From assembly GCA_951406725.2 (NCBI GenBank), contig OX597819.1, positions 4,464,001 to 4,528,000 of the forward strand: a stretch of DNA of 64,000 nucleotides. Direction: 5' to 3'. The notes under the pieces were generated by a model. The model was not told the origin of the DNA. It saw nothing but the letters and a program-made list of their open reading frames with translations, and did no database searches. This DNA is from Octopus vulgaris (lineage: Eukaryota). Positions 42,671 to 56,364 of this stretch are shown piece after piece. Both the position numbers and the translations under genes were made by a program. Position 1 is the stretch's first letter, and each line of letters opens with the position of its first letter.

Positions 42671-42949
42671 CTCCCTTTTCAGTGAATATCTTAAAAACAA
42701 TTAAATGACAAAAATTCCAACTTTCGTTAAAGACATTTATGAAAACAGGCGTAAACATACGCAAATCAGCTCGCAGATGATGATGATGATGATGAGGAGG
42801 AGGAGGAGGAGGAGGAGGAGGTCGAAGACGACGACGACGACGACGATGATGATGATGATGACGATAACAGCAACACAAAAATAAAGCAACCCCATCCCTA
42901 TAAGTACAAGGGATACTTATTATACTATTATAGTACTACGTGTGATTAT

Positions 42950-45900
42950 TACACGCAAAATATTTAAACATCATGCACCCATACAGAAAGAAGAAACGAA
43001 TGAACGCTCGGGACAAAACCAAATAAATTGTTCTACACAAAATATAAAGGTAAAGGAAACAAACTTAAAATAAATTTATAAATATTATTTTTAAAAAAAA
43101 CAATGTCCTATGACTAAATCAGGCAGCAACAAAAACGACCAACCGACTCAGGATGAATAATGAATTCCATAGCGAAAGATTATTGCAATCACGATACGAA
43201 AGTAACGCAAGACGTGGTTCAGAAGTCATGTTCTCTCGAAATGTTCTCTCACCGATCAGGAAGATCCAACTCATACTGCGAGTGTCCTTCATAAAAAATT
43301 AAATTAAAGAGAACTTTAGACCAATGAATATTGTATTGATGCGTTCATTCCCATTACACATCAACAGCATGTCCACTACACTGCATTATAAAAGAGCAGT
43401 GGAGCTGCGAAGGGAAAAATAAATGAAGTGAGAAAAAATATCAATCCGTGTGCACAATGTGAATGTCCGAAGATTTGTAATAAACAATAACAAGGTCTAA
43501 AAACACTGAAATAGAACAAACTCATAAAAAGAATTTACAGTAAAAATAAAATAAAGCAAACGAATACACATAAAAAAGATGTCCTACCACAAACCAATAA
43601 AAGCCTCACAACATAACCCATCACACACAAAATGCGTAAGACTTCACAAAAATGAAAGCTATACAAATGAGACGACTATACATGCAATAAATCAGTCTTT
43701 TAAAATACCGTGATAATAATACAGAAACCATCACACACAAAAAAACTGATCAGGCATTACAGTGAAAAAAAAGGCACAAAGGAAAAAAAAACCTAAAATC
43801 CAAAATGGTGATGAAGACCATAGAAGTCTCCAGGGAAATATTTAACCAATTAAACAACCACAATAAAAGTATAGCTTCGACCCTACCCTTAGCAACAAAC
43901 AGAATAAAAATATACACCACAATAGATCAACCAGAGTTAACATTAAGGAGGACATAACATAAACAATAAAGAATATAAAAAGAACATAACAAAATCAATG
44001 AAGAGGGATCAACGCTGCTAATAGCCTCACACGAACAATCAACTCCACCAAAGAATGAATAAATGTAATAGGGCTCTGCAAGTAATTCTATCCATGGAAA
44101 TAAACTACCTGAACGTCAACAAACTGAATGATCTGATGCATTCAGTAGCAAGGGTAATATCGAGGGGAAACTGGGTTTGATCTTAATAGAGTCAAATTGT
44201 CCTCAGCGCCACATAAAAGAAAACAAACTACTTAACATTGGATGAAAAAGAAAAGGACCTATACTTAGCAAACTGGAAAAGGGACGGATTCAACGTGACA
44301 AAGAAAAGAAATAAGAATCCAAACTGCTAAAACGTATAATACTAATAATATAGAAAACGGAAGGAAAGCTCCTATAAACAAAACGATGCCGGATAAAGTG
44401 CTCCTTCCAAGAGAAAACGGCATTTGAATTAAACGTGAAACGATTTTACAGAGACATAAATAAAACTAAAACAACAGTCGATGGCACACCAACGCAAATC
44501 CGAGCATGCGGCAAGAGAATACAGAACAAAAATATTAAGCACAATGGATTAGAAAGAAGGAGGAAAGAGCACATATAATCAGCAAGAAATTCACCAAAAC
44601 ATTAGGAACTGAATGCTACTGGTAAGCATTTGTGATTGACAAGGTCCCATATCTTTAGCTAAAGCGTCTAACTAGAAATGTCTGACATGAATTGATGCTG
44701 GAGGAAAACAACATTAATACTCAAAAACAAAGATACCAGAGACCACCAAAGTCTTTATATCTATAGTCAACAAAAGGTTGATCACTTGCCTAAAGACTAC
44801 CAGAAATAGGTGCATGATTGTAAAGAACAGCTACATTTGAAACGAAATATTAAACTAGAAGCAAAAAGCCGAAGGCATAACTTTACATGAGCTGAGTATT
44901 TACTGAAAAGCATTTGATAGTATACTATTGTTTTGGAGACTGGAGACGCTCCACTTAAATACAAGCCGTCTCAATCGTAACAAAGTTCAACAAGCATCCA
45001 ATGTCAATATGGAAAACAACCAAATCAATGCCAAGTGAAGAGAAGATAACTAAAATCAATTCTAAATCCATACGAAGAGGAATCTTCCAAGGGGACTGTT
45101 TACCTCTTTTCCTCAGATCTGATTATGAATAAATCTGTTGATACTTGGACAAACTATAAACTGTATGCACCATATGGACGACTAGAGAATATTTACAAGA
45201 GGTTATATCCAGTTGGAAAACCTAGTGAAAGTTGTTAAAAGTTACTTCAGCCAAAACATAAAAAGGAGTATGAGAAAAGACAAGTGTGCTCATGCTACTC
45301 ACAGAAAGGGTAAGTTATCTAAGACTGGGAACAATAATAAGATACAAATGGAATTAGAGAACAACTAGAATTAGACCGAATATAATTAGACGAGAACCAC
45401 CAATAATAAATATGTAGAAGTTACTGTAACTGATAAGATACAAAACGGAGAAATGAAAGGAAAAATTAGAATAAAATATTAAATACACTAGCTATTGAGA
45501 ATTGTAACTTCGACATAATAAACTAAAAGTTAAGTCAAGGAAAGAGCTTTGACAGAATAATTACTTAAGTACTAATAATAAACTGAAGCTAGTGCACCAA
45601 TACTGTATTCCTATTCTGCACAAAAGGTAGTGGACCTGATACAAATAGAAAACTACTTCAAAGAATTTAGAAACAAGCAAAGAGAAACTGATTCATGTAT
45701 TAAGGAAACGCGAAGAAACATTCTTTTTTTCTCTATGCAGTGGGAAACAATACACTATAAACTGAAAAATACGCCGGAAAAAATATCTTGGTAACTAAAC
45801 AAACGACAGGAAAGATTACTAAAACCAAAGACAAAAATCAACTATATCCTACAATATACTAAAGAAAAAATACAAAGAAAAAAATCAGTCAAAAATAAAT

Positions 45901-46880
45901 AAACTGAAAAACTCGACAGAGTACTGAGAGAAAGCCAACAATGATCAAATGCTCAGGTCTAAAACCTGAAACAGATCTTATTTAACTTGTACAATTCCTA
46001 ATCACAGACAACTACAAAAGAAGAGTGAAAAAAGATGCTAACATCAAATCCAGACTAAGCAACCAGAACAATGAAACAGTTCACTACATCGTTTCCAGCC
46101 AGCATCCCTTTGCCAAATCCAGGCATATTTACAGACACACTCGAATGGATAGCTAGGTTCACTTGGCAATCTTCCAATGATTCGACCCGAAAACAGAATG
46201 AGAATTAGTAAAAACATGTAAGAAACAGGGTACACGATAACGTCGTATCCACAGTCATGTGGTGCATACCAACTTAAACTGACAAGGAAAGCGACTCGAT
46301 ATAATTATCAAGGGCTAAAAAGAAAATATCAATATTTTAAGCAAAGTAGCCAGTTAGAAAATCTCTATAAGAGACGAAAGTAGAAACTATACTAAGAAGT
46401 AATGCCTGTCGCCATTTCAATATAGTGTTTCCGTACAAACCGACGTTTCTGCCATTTTTAACCCTGAGAGGAAACCTCTTCTAGCTGGCTGTCGATGCAA
46501 TCTGCGTCCCGACATATATTGCAAGCAGAGCAGTGAGCCCCCAACCCTTTTCGCCTCTTGCAATATATGTCGGGTGCAGATTGCATCGATAACCAGCTAG
46601 AAGAAGCTTCCAATTAGGCTTTAAAATGGCAGTTACATCGGTTCGTACGGAACAGCCATACTGAAGGGGCGACAAACATATCTATATTTTAAAACAACGT
46701 CTTGATCTCATCTGGAGAAAGTATTTCCCAAAAAGGAGGCGGAGAAACTGTCAAAGTACAAAGATCTAGAAACTGAAATAAGAAGGGAGAAGCGCTTGAA
46801 AAAACTGGAGTAATAGGTATGATAAAAGAAAAATAATAAGGATACTTAATCTACCTCAAATAGAATATGTTAAGCAATGT
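42950..46880 (+). mobile_element. Decayed R4/Dong-clade non-LTR retrotransposon
   Basis: Collinear motif remnants: NVKRFYRDI, CKEQL, KAFDSI, IRRGIFQGDCL, DKCAHATHRKGK, LIQIENY, LKPET, YIYRH, DIII, KEAEKLSKYKDLETEI. Many stops and frameshifts. Confidence 0.85.
46402..46679. mobile_element. Fold-back MITE-like element inserted in the Dong endonuclease region
   Basis: Imperfect arms of about 120 bp (TCTTCTAGCTGG..TCGATGCAATCTGC..CCCGACATATATTGCAAG and its reverse complement). Confidence 0.8.
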
Positions 46881-48544
46881 GGTCTTATATTCCCTACACG
46901 CGAAAACATGGGATGGTCCCGACTGGAATGACATAGGTCTGCTCAGTTAAGGAGAGTTGACCTGAGATTAAAAAACTACAACGCTTTTTCGGGAAATATG
47001 CTGAAGAACAGCCTATCCCCCTCCACTTTTGAGATGATAGGTAAGAATGTTAATGAAGGGAATATTCTGTACTGAGTCCTCGCAATCTCGTCCAGCGTAA
47101 TACCTTTTTTTTGTCATAGCTATCAGGCAAAAGAAATCTAATTGCTATTCCTTGCTGAAGAAAGCAGTGTGGTAACCTTTGCTGATCATTGATCTGTCCA
47201 ACACGCAATAACAAGAAAACAAACAAAAAATAACCTTACTTGGAATAGCTTCGGGTCAGGGACGAGAACATATTTCCGTAGAAAATTTGACAGCCTATAA
47301 AGTTTATCTTGAGCTGGCAATGCCTTCCGGTATCACTGCCAGTCCAGAGCCGTGTTGAAGTTAATCATTGAAGTTAATCACAATCCCTGACCAGAGAGTA
47401 GTACAAAAGATACCGTTGTCTTTCATTGACGCCCAATGCATCACCTAGAGCATCGTCGTCCTGTTCTACGGTTAATCATTTAACTCATGTGAGGATTGAC
47501 GATCCGCTGATCGGATTGGCGCCTGGTAAGAAGAATGTGAGCAACTAGGAATATTGAAGGTGTCAGAAGTCTAACCTTGATCTTCATTTCTCTCAGGCCT
47601 CAATCAAAGATACGAACTGAGAAAAAAGTATATAGAATAAACGACTCGGTTTACTTTCCAGGAATAAGTCCATTTGTCGCTGCCTCAACGCGCTCCAGCG
47701 CGTCATAATTCATCGCATCCTGTGATGATTTTTATAAAAATTACCAAAGAAAATACCTCTGGCATCACCAGTCTGTCACGGATAACGTTTTATGATTATT
47801 ACAAGTTAGACGAACGGAGGCGTGTGGGTTTTGAACTTATGACCTAGGAGAAAGTAATACATCCTGTCATCCACTCGACCACTTTACTTCCATAAACTTT
47901 TGTTAACCAAAGAATTCTAAACATTTGATGCTTAATATCCTTTGACAATAAATATGACAGTTCACAAAATGTTACACATTTGACTATTTATCATTCTGGT
48001 ACATAGCAAAGATAAATAACAGTCATTTTTCATTATTTTTAATACATCTTTCTCGGTTACTTGTACAGATGAAAATATATCATCAGATTAACTTATTGCT
48101 TAAAATGGTTGGGAATTTTCTTTTTACAGAAATTCGATAACAAATAGAAAATACTAGCTAACTTTGAATGCAGCAGAACTGAAAGTTAAGTCGACGACAT
48201 ATACCTTAATATTATTTACACAGTAAATATTGAATGGCTGTGTCAACATGTTTTAGGTCAGCAAGTCACAATCTATCACTAAAAATACACGTTATGTCAG
48301 TAACCAATGCATTTAATTGTCAATGGCGCACACAAACATACATTGTTGCTGTGCACAGTGGAGACCTTGTTTATTTGTCGAATGTTTCATTAACTCATTT
48401 TAAACTTTACTACTGCATTAACAACACAGCTGCACCAATTGAACTATGACGGAGGTGCTAACAACACGGCTGCGTTAACTGGACCACAGTTGCATAAGTT
48501 AAACCAAACCTATATAAATAATTCTTTATAAGTTTGAAGCCTTT

Positions 48545-48765
48545 ATTGGAGGGGCCAGGTCGATTACATCTATCCCAATAATTGACTGAATTTATTTTAT
48601 CGACTCCTACAAGTCCTGAAATTTAGTGGGATGGGATTAGTCGATTTTATCGACCCCGAAAGAATGAAAGGCAAAGTCGGCGGAATTTGAACTCAGAACG
48701 TAAAGACGGACGAAAAGACGCTAAGCATTTCTTCTGGCTAAATATTCTGCCAGCTAGTCGCCTTA
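48545..48765 (-). mobile_element. SINE family C copies
   Basis: GACCCCGAAAGAATGAAAGGCAAAGTCG..GGAATTTGAACTCAGAACGTAA. Confidence 0.8.
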
Positions 48766-48776
48766 ACTAGGCGTTA

Positions 48777-48898
48777 TCTATATATATATATAAAGACATT
48801 CTGTTGGTTTGTGCGTTTGTTCGTTTGTCTGCCCTCCAAAATGAAAGTAAATGGTTCAAGGGAACTATTATGCCTTTTCTTCTTTATCTTATATCTTA

Positions 48899-48975
<77 letters not shown>

Positions 48976-49692
48976 TTATTCCGTTTGTGTGTTCGTTTGA
49001 TTGTTCGTCCACCAATATGAAAGTAAATGGTTCGAAGGAAGTTATTATGCTTTCTCTATATTTCCTATTATGCCTAAAATAGCATAATTTAGCATAAAAT
49101 AGCATAAAATAGCATAATTTAGCATAAAATAGCATAATTTAGCATAAAATAGCATAAAATAGCATAATTTAGCATAAAATAGCATAACAAAAATTATGCA
49201 CTAACTGTACACAAACCCACGAGGAGCTAACAAACCCGAGGAGTCCATTGAGGTAAATATTCTCACTGTTTTGGTAAAAGGGACACCACCTTCGTTCCTC
49301 GCATACCAGTTATACCAGTTTCTGGAGAGATTATATATTTTCTTTGGTGTCATATTTTTTCAATATCGTAAACCAAAAATTATGAACATAGAAGAAATTA
49401 TACAGTAATCTCTATTACTGTAAGCAGTCGTATGTATGTGTTATATATTTGCAGTTACTGTATTAATAAATAAAATAACACATACGACTCATTTATTATT
49501 GTCAAATAATAAACAAACAGAAGTTCATGTATGAAATTGATCTTTTTTCTACTTCAATTATTACATATCTTTCTCTTATAAAAACACACACATACAGGAG
49601 GAGTAAATTATATATATAATAATAATACTTTGAATGTGTCTCTCGCGAAACAGTAAAATTAATTACCCGATCACGACGGGTATTACTGCTAG
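48777..49692 (+). mobile_element. Non-autonomous Helitron with duplicated 5' module and 10-bp minisatellite
   Basis: A|TCTATATATA..AAAG start, CCCGATCACGACGGG hairpin, CTAG|T end. (AAAATAGCAT/AATTTAGCAT)n at 49076-49187. Confidence 0.8.
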
Positions 49693-49698
49693 TGATTA

Positions 49699-50313
49699 AT
49701 CTTTTCTACTTTAGTCACAAGGCCCGACATTTGGGGGAAGGGGGACTAATCGATTAGATCGACCTCAGTACGCAACTGGCATTTAATTTATCGACCCTGA
49801 AAGGAGGAGATGCAAAGTCGACCTCAGCAGAATTTGAACTCAGAACGTAATGACAGACGAAATACCGCTAAGCATTTCGCCCGTGCTAACGTTTCTTGTT
49901 TCTTTACTGCTCACAAGGGGCTACACACAGAGGGGACAAACAAGGACAGACAAACGGATTAAGTCGATTATATCGACCTCAGTGTGTAACTGGTACTTAT
50001 TTAATCGACCCCGAAAGGATGAAACGCAAAGTCGACCTCGGCGGAATTTGAACTCAGAACGTAGCGCCAGACGAAATACATATTTCTTTACTACCCGCAA
50101 GGGGCTAAACACAGAAGGGACAAACGAGGACAGAGAAACGGATTAAGTCGATTATATCGACCCCCGTGCGTAACTGGTACTTAATTTATCAACCCCCGAA
50201 AGGATGAAAGGCAAAGTCGACCTCGGCGGAATTTGAACTCAGAACGTAACGGCAGACGAAATAAGGCTACGCATTTCGCCCCGCGTGCTAACGTTTCTGC
50301 CAGCTCGCCGCCT
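49699..50313 (-). mobile_element. Three-unit nested SINE family C array
   Basis: Units at about 50081-50313 and 49897-50080 (both with Tx1-type tail) and 49699-49896 (standard tail). Confidence 0.9.
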
Positions 50314-50846
50314 TACTGTTAGTAATTAATAACAGCAAAATGCTAAATTTCACTCTAAAATAAAAGTAAGAAATTATATCTGTTACTTGAGGAGATTCAG
50401 TGATAATATAAACTTTTGATGATATCTTTGGGTACAGTTGACAATTAGATATTGGTTTCACGATAGAGTTTTCATACACTTTCCTACCAAATTTGATTGA
50501 ATATATATTTTTCAATTGTAAATCCGTTAAAAATAATTGTAGGGTCAATAAAATAAACGTTATTAATGTATATAAATAAATGTAGATATTGCGATAGAAC
50601 AATAGGTAATCTTCCAACAAATCGAGGCATATGCGTAGCTTCGTTTGCTATTTGAAATCTTTGGAAATTACAGAATATCAAAATTTCTATCTTCTCATCC
50701 CTTGATATATGAAACTTTTGTATGAAACACAAGAAATCAAAACATAGGAGTAAGTGATCAACATTGATAGGAATGATACCAATCTTTATCTCTCGTTTAA
50801 AATTGTAAAGCGTGAGGTCAGCTTCGCCGAGGTCGTCTGCTTTGTG

Positions 50847-50929
50847 TGTTATTCATCACAATAGGATAGAGCATTACCATCCATTAGACTAATGGATGGT
50901 TATAGTCTACCTTCTAGTGATGAATAACA
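50847..50929. repeat. 83-bp imperfect palindrome
   Basis: TGTTATTCATCAC..ACCATCCATTAG-a-CTAATGGATGGT..GTGATGAATAACA. Confidence 0.85.
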
Positions 50930-52037
50930 ACTCTCAGGATATTTACATTTCCTGCTGTTCGGAGAAAATGATGTAAATTGCGCCGGAGAAGCAAACGGAA
51001 ACTAATTTTAAGAATGTTAAAGTTGAAAGAATGTTTCTTCATAAACAGGCATAAAAGAAAGAGACATCTAAGTATATAATAAAATTATAATAAATCTTTC
51101 TTGAAAAGCAAAAAAAAAAAAAAAGAAAAGAAACCTTAAAAAATTCTAACAATAACTGAACATTTCAAATTGTAAAGAAAACGTTCAAAGTAGATTTTTT
51201 ATTTATTGTTGGGAATATACTGTCTTCAGAGCAAACAAAACAGCAATAAAACAACACTACAGGAACAGACAAGTAACAGCTTTCTGTTTGAAAAGATAGA
51301 CACACAACTGGCAGAGGACAAGGGAAAACTAACTTTACTTTTATTAAGGAACATACTATATTTTTCACTTCTCCTATTAATTCAATATTATCACTATTCT
51401 TATTTGTATTTTCAAGTTATTGTTGTGAAATGGCAACCGAAGAGAAGGGTTGTAGATGAGCTGATGTTTAGTTAAATAAATATACATTTACTTGTTAGTG
51501 AAATACATATTGAATAAAATTAAGAACGTAATTGGTGGTAAGGAATATTCTTTATCCATGATACGATAATTTTGTGACAAGCTTCTAAATGTAGAAAGTG
51601 AGCCGCGAGCTAGTGTTCGAGTTGTGGTTGAATCACTTTATTTATATTAAAATGTTTTCTCCTCTAATTGTACTTGTCTACTTAAATATACAGAGAATTA
51701 TATTAATATGTGCTCCAGTCTATACTTTAAATAAACTGAGTGGTCCTAAAACTGGGTTCTATGTGGACAGTTAACTTTATTAAGAAGGATCTGTTAAGCT
51801 ATTCAATCCTCTCAATATATCTCGATTATATGAAAAAATCAAGTCCTATGTGTGTTTTATAAAACTTCCTAGAACATTTTAAAAGCTAGCAGTTTCCAAA
51901 TTCACCCATAAAGAAATGCTACAATTTTGATAGAAAACTGAAAACCTAGTAATTTCTCTATAGTCTCCTCGTGGAGAGATCAAACATCATGATAACCTCA
52001 AAGCGCCTACATTATTTTTGTTTCTTATAAGCGTTTC

Positions 52038-52480
52038 TAAGGTAGCGAGGGAGTAGAATTATTAGCACGCCGGACAAAAATACTTAACGGCATTTCTTCT
52101 GTCTTTCGGTTATGAGTTCAAATTCTACCGAGGTCGACTGTGCCTTTCATCCCTTTCAGGTTGATAAATTAAGTATTATTAGGTTATGAGTTCAAATTCT
52201 GGCGAGGTCAACGGCCTTTCATCCCTTTGCGGGTCGATAAACTAAGTATCAACTAAGCCCTCACCACCAACATTTCAGGTCTTGCGCCTATAGTAGAAGG
52301 GATTATTTATAAATGTTTTTAATTTAGATACAAGGCCAGCAATTTTAAGTGAACATGTACTTTGTTTTTATCGACTCCGGAAAGATGAGAAACAAAGGTA
52401 ACCTCGACGTGGTTAGAACCAGAACAAATATCACAAGGCATTTTCCTAATGCTCTAACGATTTCTACCAGGTCCACTGCC
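52038..52480. mobile_element. SINE family C copies (plus-strand copy with internal duplication, then degenerate minus-strand copy)
   Basis: GGTTATGAGTTCAAATTCT..GCCTTTCATCCCTTT occurs twice; reverse copy from about 52330. Confidence 0.7.
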
Positions 52481-53478
52481 CTCTCTGTTATTTATATTAA
52501 TATCCAAAATACTAACAAAAATGGATGCAGCTGGTAAAATACCATAATTATGTGATGCGACCTGATCTCGCTTCACATTTCAAACTATTTCATTACTACA
52601 TTTGAGTTAGAGATGCCTTTTGAAAGTAGCCCGATTATCACGAGTTCCAATTTTTTCTGTCTCTAAAAACATTGAATTTTATCCCTAAGTTATAAACTAA
52701 TTCATTAAAGAACAAAGCCCAGAATGTTACACTTGCACTGCTACAACATTGTAGTTAATCTACTTCATATATATTCATTGCCTTCTCCTTCATTGACTTC
52801 ACTTTAAAAAAAATCATTAAGTTTGCAAATGATCTTGTGGCTCTAATGTCACTTTCAAATGAAATGAATAGCATTGCCAGCGGTTTCTTTTAACATATAT
52901 ATATATAAGACTCCATTTAAAAGTTTCACCCAAGCGTAAAAACTGTGATAACGAAATGAGACCTTTTCATTGACATTGCATTGATTTATATTTTCCAAGA
53001 GTGTGGAAAATGAAGGGGAATGCGAGAGAATTTCTCCGATTCCCTGATTAATTGTTTCATTTCACTTACGCCGGCAATACACTTGTGAAAGGCATAAACA
53101 TTACAATATCCTGTTTTCTTGCACCATTGTAAGACAGACTTCTATGTTAAAAGTAAAAAATGTAGGTTTATGCTAAATGTAGCGAGTATCTTTGTCGATT
53201 GGTGAACTACCAAGTAGTTGAGTCAGTTTAGTATACTGTTAAGGCTAATGTATTTATACAGTTTAGTATACTGTTAAGGCTAATGTATTTCGTGTAATAC
53301 TAACTTTTATAACACAACAGAACTTAAAATTTTGTGTCAAAGTTGGAAATCAGTTTCTTTATGACTGGACCTTCGGTCATCTCGTCATATTTTTATAAAC
53401 ATCGAACATTGCTGAAGATTTAAAAAACATGTAATACACGAATTTTTTAAATGTATACTCGTACACATACATACATAG

Positions 53479-53557
<79 letters not shown>

Positions 53558-53559
<2 letters not shown>

Positions 53560-53948
53560 GTCACTAAAGCGACTAAGGGCGCTAGTTAGCAACAGTACTG
53601 ATAGAAATATGAGTCAAAACTACGCATAAGCACTATCTTAATGACTGACAAGGGAAGTAATCTCTCTCAGCACCGAGCATAGCCAGATCACCAGTGATTT
53701 CGCATTTACATTAATGCTATTCAGTGGCTCTTACCGGCATCTTGGGTTAAATTCAACTCGTAAGATCACCGTAGAAATCATACGCTGATTTCATAATTGG
53801 TGTAAGTGAAAATTATAAATGATAAGGGTGACTTGTTACCAATTTTTCAACCGAAAGGGAAAAATATATACGTCACTAAAGCGAGAAAGGGCGCTAGTTA
53901 GCACCAGTACTGCTAGAAATAAGAGTCAAAACAACTCATAGTCACGAT
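53558..53948 (-). mobile_element. Hammerhead mini-element with about 77-bp terminal direct repeat (period about 312 bp)
   Basis: GTCACTAAAGCGA..AGGGCGCTAGTTAGCA.CAGTACTG.TAGAAATA.GAGTCAAAAC at 53560 and 53872. 3' end at (CA)n(TA)n. Confidence 0.8.
53681..53729 (-). ncRNA. Type-I hammerhead motif (G8 substituted)
   Basis: AGCCA-CTGAATA-GCATT(AATGTA)AATGC-GAAA-TCAC(TG)GTGA-TC-TGGCT. All three stems pair perfectly. Confidence 0.78.
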
Positions 53949-54127
53949 AAGCGAAATGCTTAGCGGTATTTTGTCTGTCTTTACGTTCTGAGTTCAAATG
54001 CCGCCGAGGCCGACTTTCCCTTTCATCCTTTCGGGGTCGATAAATTAAGTACTAATTGCGTACTGGGGTCGATCTAATCGACTGGCCCCCTCCCCCAAAA
54101 TTTCGGGTTTTGTGCCTAGAGAAGAAA
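53949..54127 (+). mobile_element. SINE family C
   Basis: GCGAAATGCTTAGCGGTATTT..GGGGTCGATAAATTAAGTAC..CCCCCAAAATTTCGGG. Confidence 0.88.
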
Positions 54128-55108
54128 CGCATATATTTGGTGATTAAACTATTATTTTTTCCCTTTCTATGATGTTCTACCATACTGATCATATTATGAA
54201 TATTTGTAATGGCTTTCATGTAAGTAAATCTCCTAGAAACTATAAAATCATATAAGTAACAACACCTGTAATATTGCAACTTATAAAATCTCCTCGGCCT
54301 GATTACCTCTAATTACCCTCAGTACGCCCATACCTACTACCTCCTCTTTTCGGGTTACCTTTATCTCTTCCCTACCTCAAATTTTAATACCCTGTCTCTT
54401 TAAATATAGGTTATATATATTTCTTATTATTTTCTATAAATTCTTATTATTTTGTTTTCTGACTTTGATATCCTTACCTATTAACCTCTAATCCCTTATA
54501 AGTTGTTACTGTTCTGAAATAGAGATTGTTCAGCTACTGAGATCTGTGCAGAATGGTTATACTATATCCATATAAATGTATAAATATTTGTACGTGTATA
54601 TATGCATGCATGTGCATGACCTATTAAGCTCTTATCCCTTATAAATTGTTGTCTTTCTTGTTCGTACATGGATACTTTTTAGTTACTCAAGTCTATGAGA
54701 GATGGTTAAACTATATCCATATAAACGTATAAATATTTGTGTATATGTGCATGTATGCACATAGTTAAATATGTGTGTGTATCTGTACACATCTTTATTT
54801 TTTCTGATTCTTGGCTAATAATTACTATATAGATAGCATGTTTGTCTTTCCAGTATTCCATAAGTAAATGCCCTGAGCAGTCTTTATAGAAACGATTCTG
54901 CCATCTCGCTACCTTATACTGTCGTTTGGTACACCGTACACTTGTTCGGGCAACGTCGATTTGAGAGAGGGAATGAGCTAATATACAGCACATACATTTG
55001 AGCACTATAAGCTAATCATTTGTGCAGGCCGTTCAGCAAAAACTGAACACTCATACGTAGTTTTCGACCGGAGATTCCATCATATAAGTCGCTTATAAAG
55101 CTTGAAAA

Positions 55109-55474
55109 TCCCTCTATATATAAACGGCAAAATGTGTGTGTGTGTGTATCCTTTATACAAATGCACAATTTTTCAGTTAGAGGGCTCGCACTTTCTATGG
55201 TCATTCAAAACCATCCAAGGGTGGTCGTGCACATCTTTACATTTCCCCAGTCACCCCGCAAAGCCATTAAAAAATCAATAGAAGTGACTTTTTTGTGAAT
55301 TTTCTATCCAAAACCCAATCAAAATGCCCGAAACTTGATACGCCAATTGAATGCCAGCTAGCTGTATGTGATTGGTCGGAGGTTTGGACAGTACTCGCGT
55401 GTATGTGTGCACGCATGCAGCTGTATATGCATGCACAAGCACTATAACCCGGCGTTGCCGGATCATAGTGCTAG
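55109..55474 (+). mobile_element. Non-autonomous Helitron
   Basis: A|TCCCTCTATATATAAA start, CCGGCGTTGCCGG hairpin, CTAG|T end. Confidence 0.85.
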
Positions 55475-55542
55475 TACTAAATATTTTCTGTATCGTACTA
55501 ATCCCCACTCTGTGTGTGTGTGCATATGTGTGTATGTTTGCG

Positions 55543-55588
<46 letters not shown>

Positions 55589-55811
55589 TGTGTGTGTGTG
55601 TGTGTTGTATCTGTTGGGGTGGGTGTAAAAACCATAGAATATTCATCATGAGTATCTAATTTTGAAAGCAAGATATTTTGAGTGTATATACTGTATGTGC
55701 CGAGCTACGTTTCTATGCTTATTTTGAATATGTGTATATATGTCAGTTTCAATAGCGACGTATATATACTTGTAGACACTCTTACACATAGAAACACATG
55801 CACGCACACAT

Positions 55812-56211
55812 ATACTCTTTTACTCTTTTACTTGTTTCAGTCAGTTGACTGCGGCCATGCTGGAGCACCACCTTTAGTCGAGCAACTCGACCCCGGGACT
55901 TATTCTTTGTAAGCCCAGTACTTATTCTATCGAACCGCTAAGTGACGGGGACATAAACACACCAGCATCGGTTGTCAAGCAATGCTAGGGGGACAAACAC
56001 AGACACACAAACATACACGCACACACACACATATATATACATATATACGACGGGCTTCTTTCAGTTTCCGTCTACCAAATCCACTCACAAGGCTTTGGTC
56101 GGCCCGAGGCTATAGTAGAAGACACTTGCCCAAGGTGCCACGCAGTGGGACTGAACCCGGAACCATGTGTTTGGTAAGCAAGCTACTTACCACACAGCCA
56201 CTCCTGCGCCT
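55812..56211 (-). mobile_element. SINE family B
   Basis: Reverse complement of 26281-26710. Confidence 0.9.
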
Positions 56212-56364
56212 ATTCATATACATGAATTCTGTATGTATCTGTGTATATATATATGTGTGTGTATGCAAGCGCTATATGTTGGCATACAGACACGCGTCGG
56301 CATTCACGCATCTTTTTGTTTTGGGGTTGTTTTTTTCTATACATATGTACAAATACTTTGTATG

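Noticed and set aside
49076-49187. Regular short repeats considered as CRISPR-like
   Set aside because: 10-bp minisatellite without spacers, in eukaryotic DNA.
51206-51475. Possible host exon
   Set aside because: No homology recognised and weak splice signals.
53224-53290. 32-bp tandem duplication
   Set aside because: Ordinary local slippage duplication.
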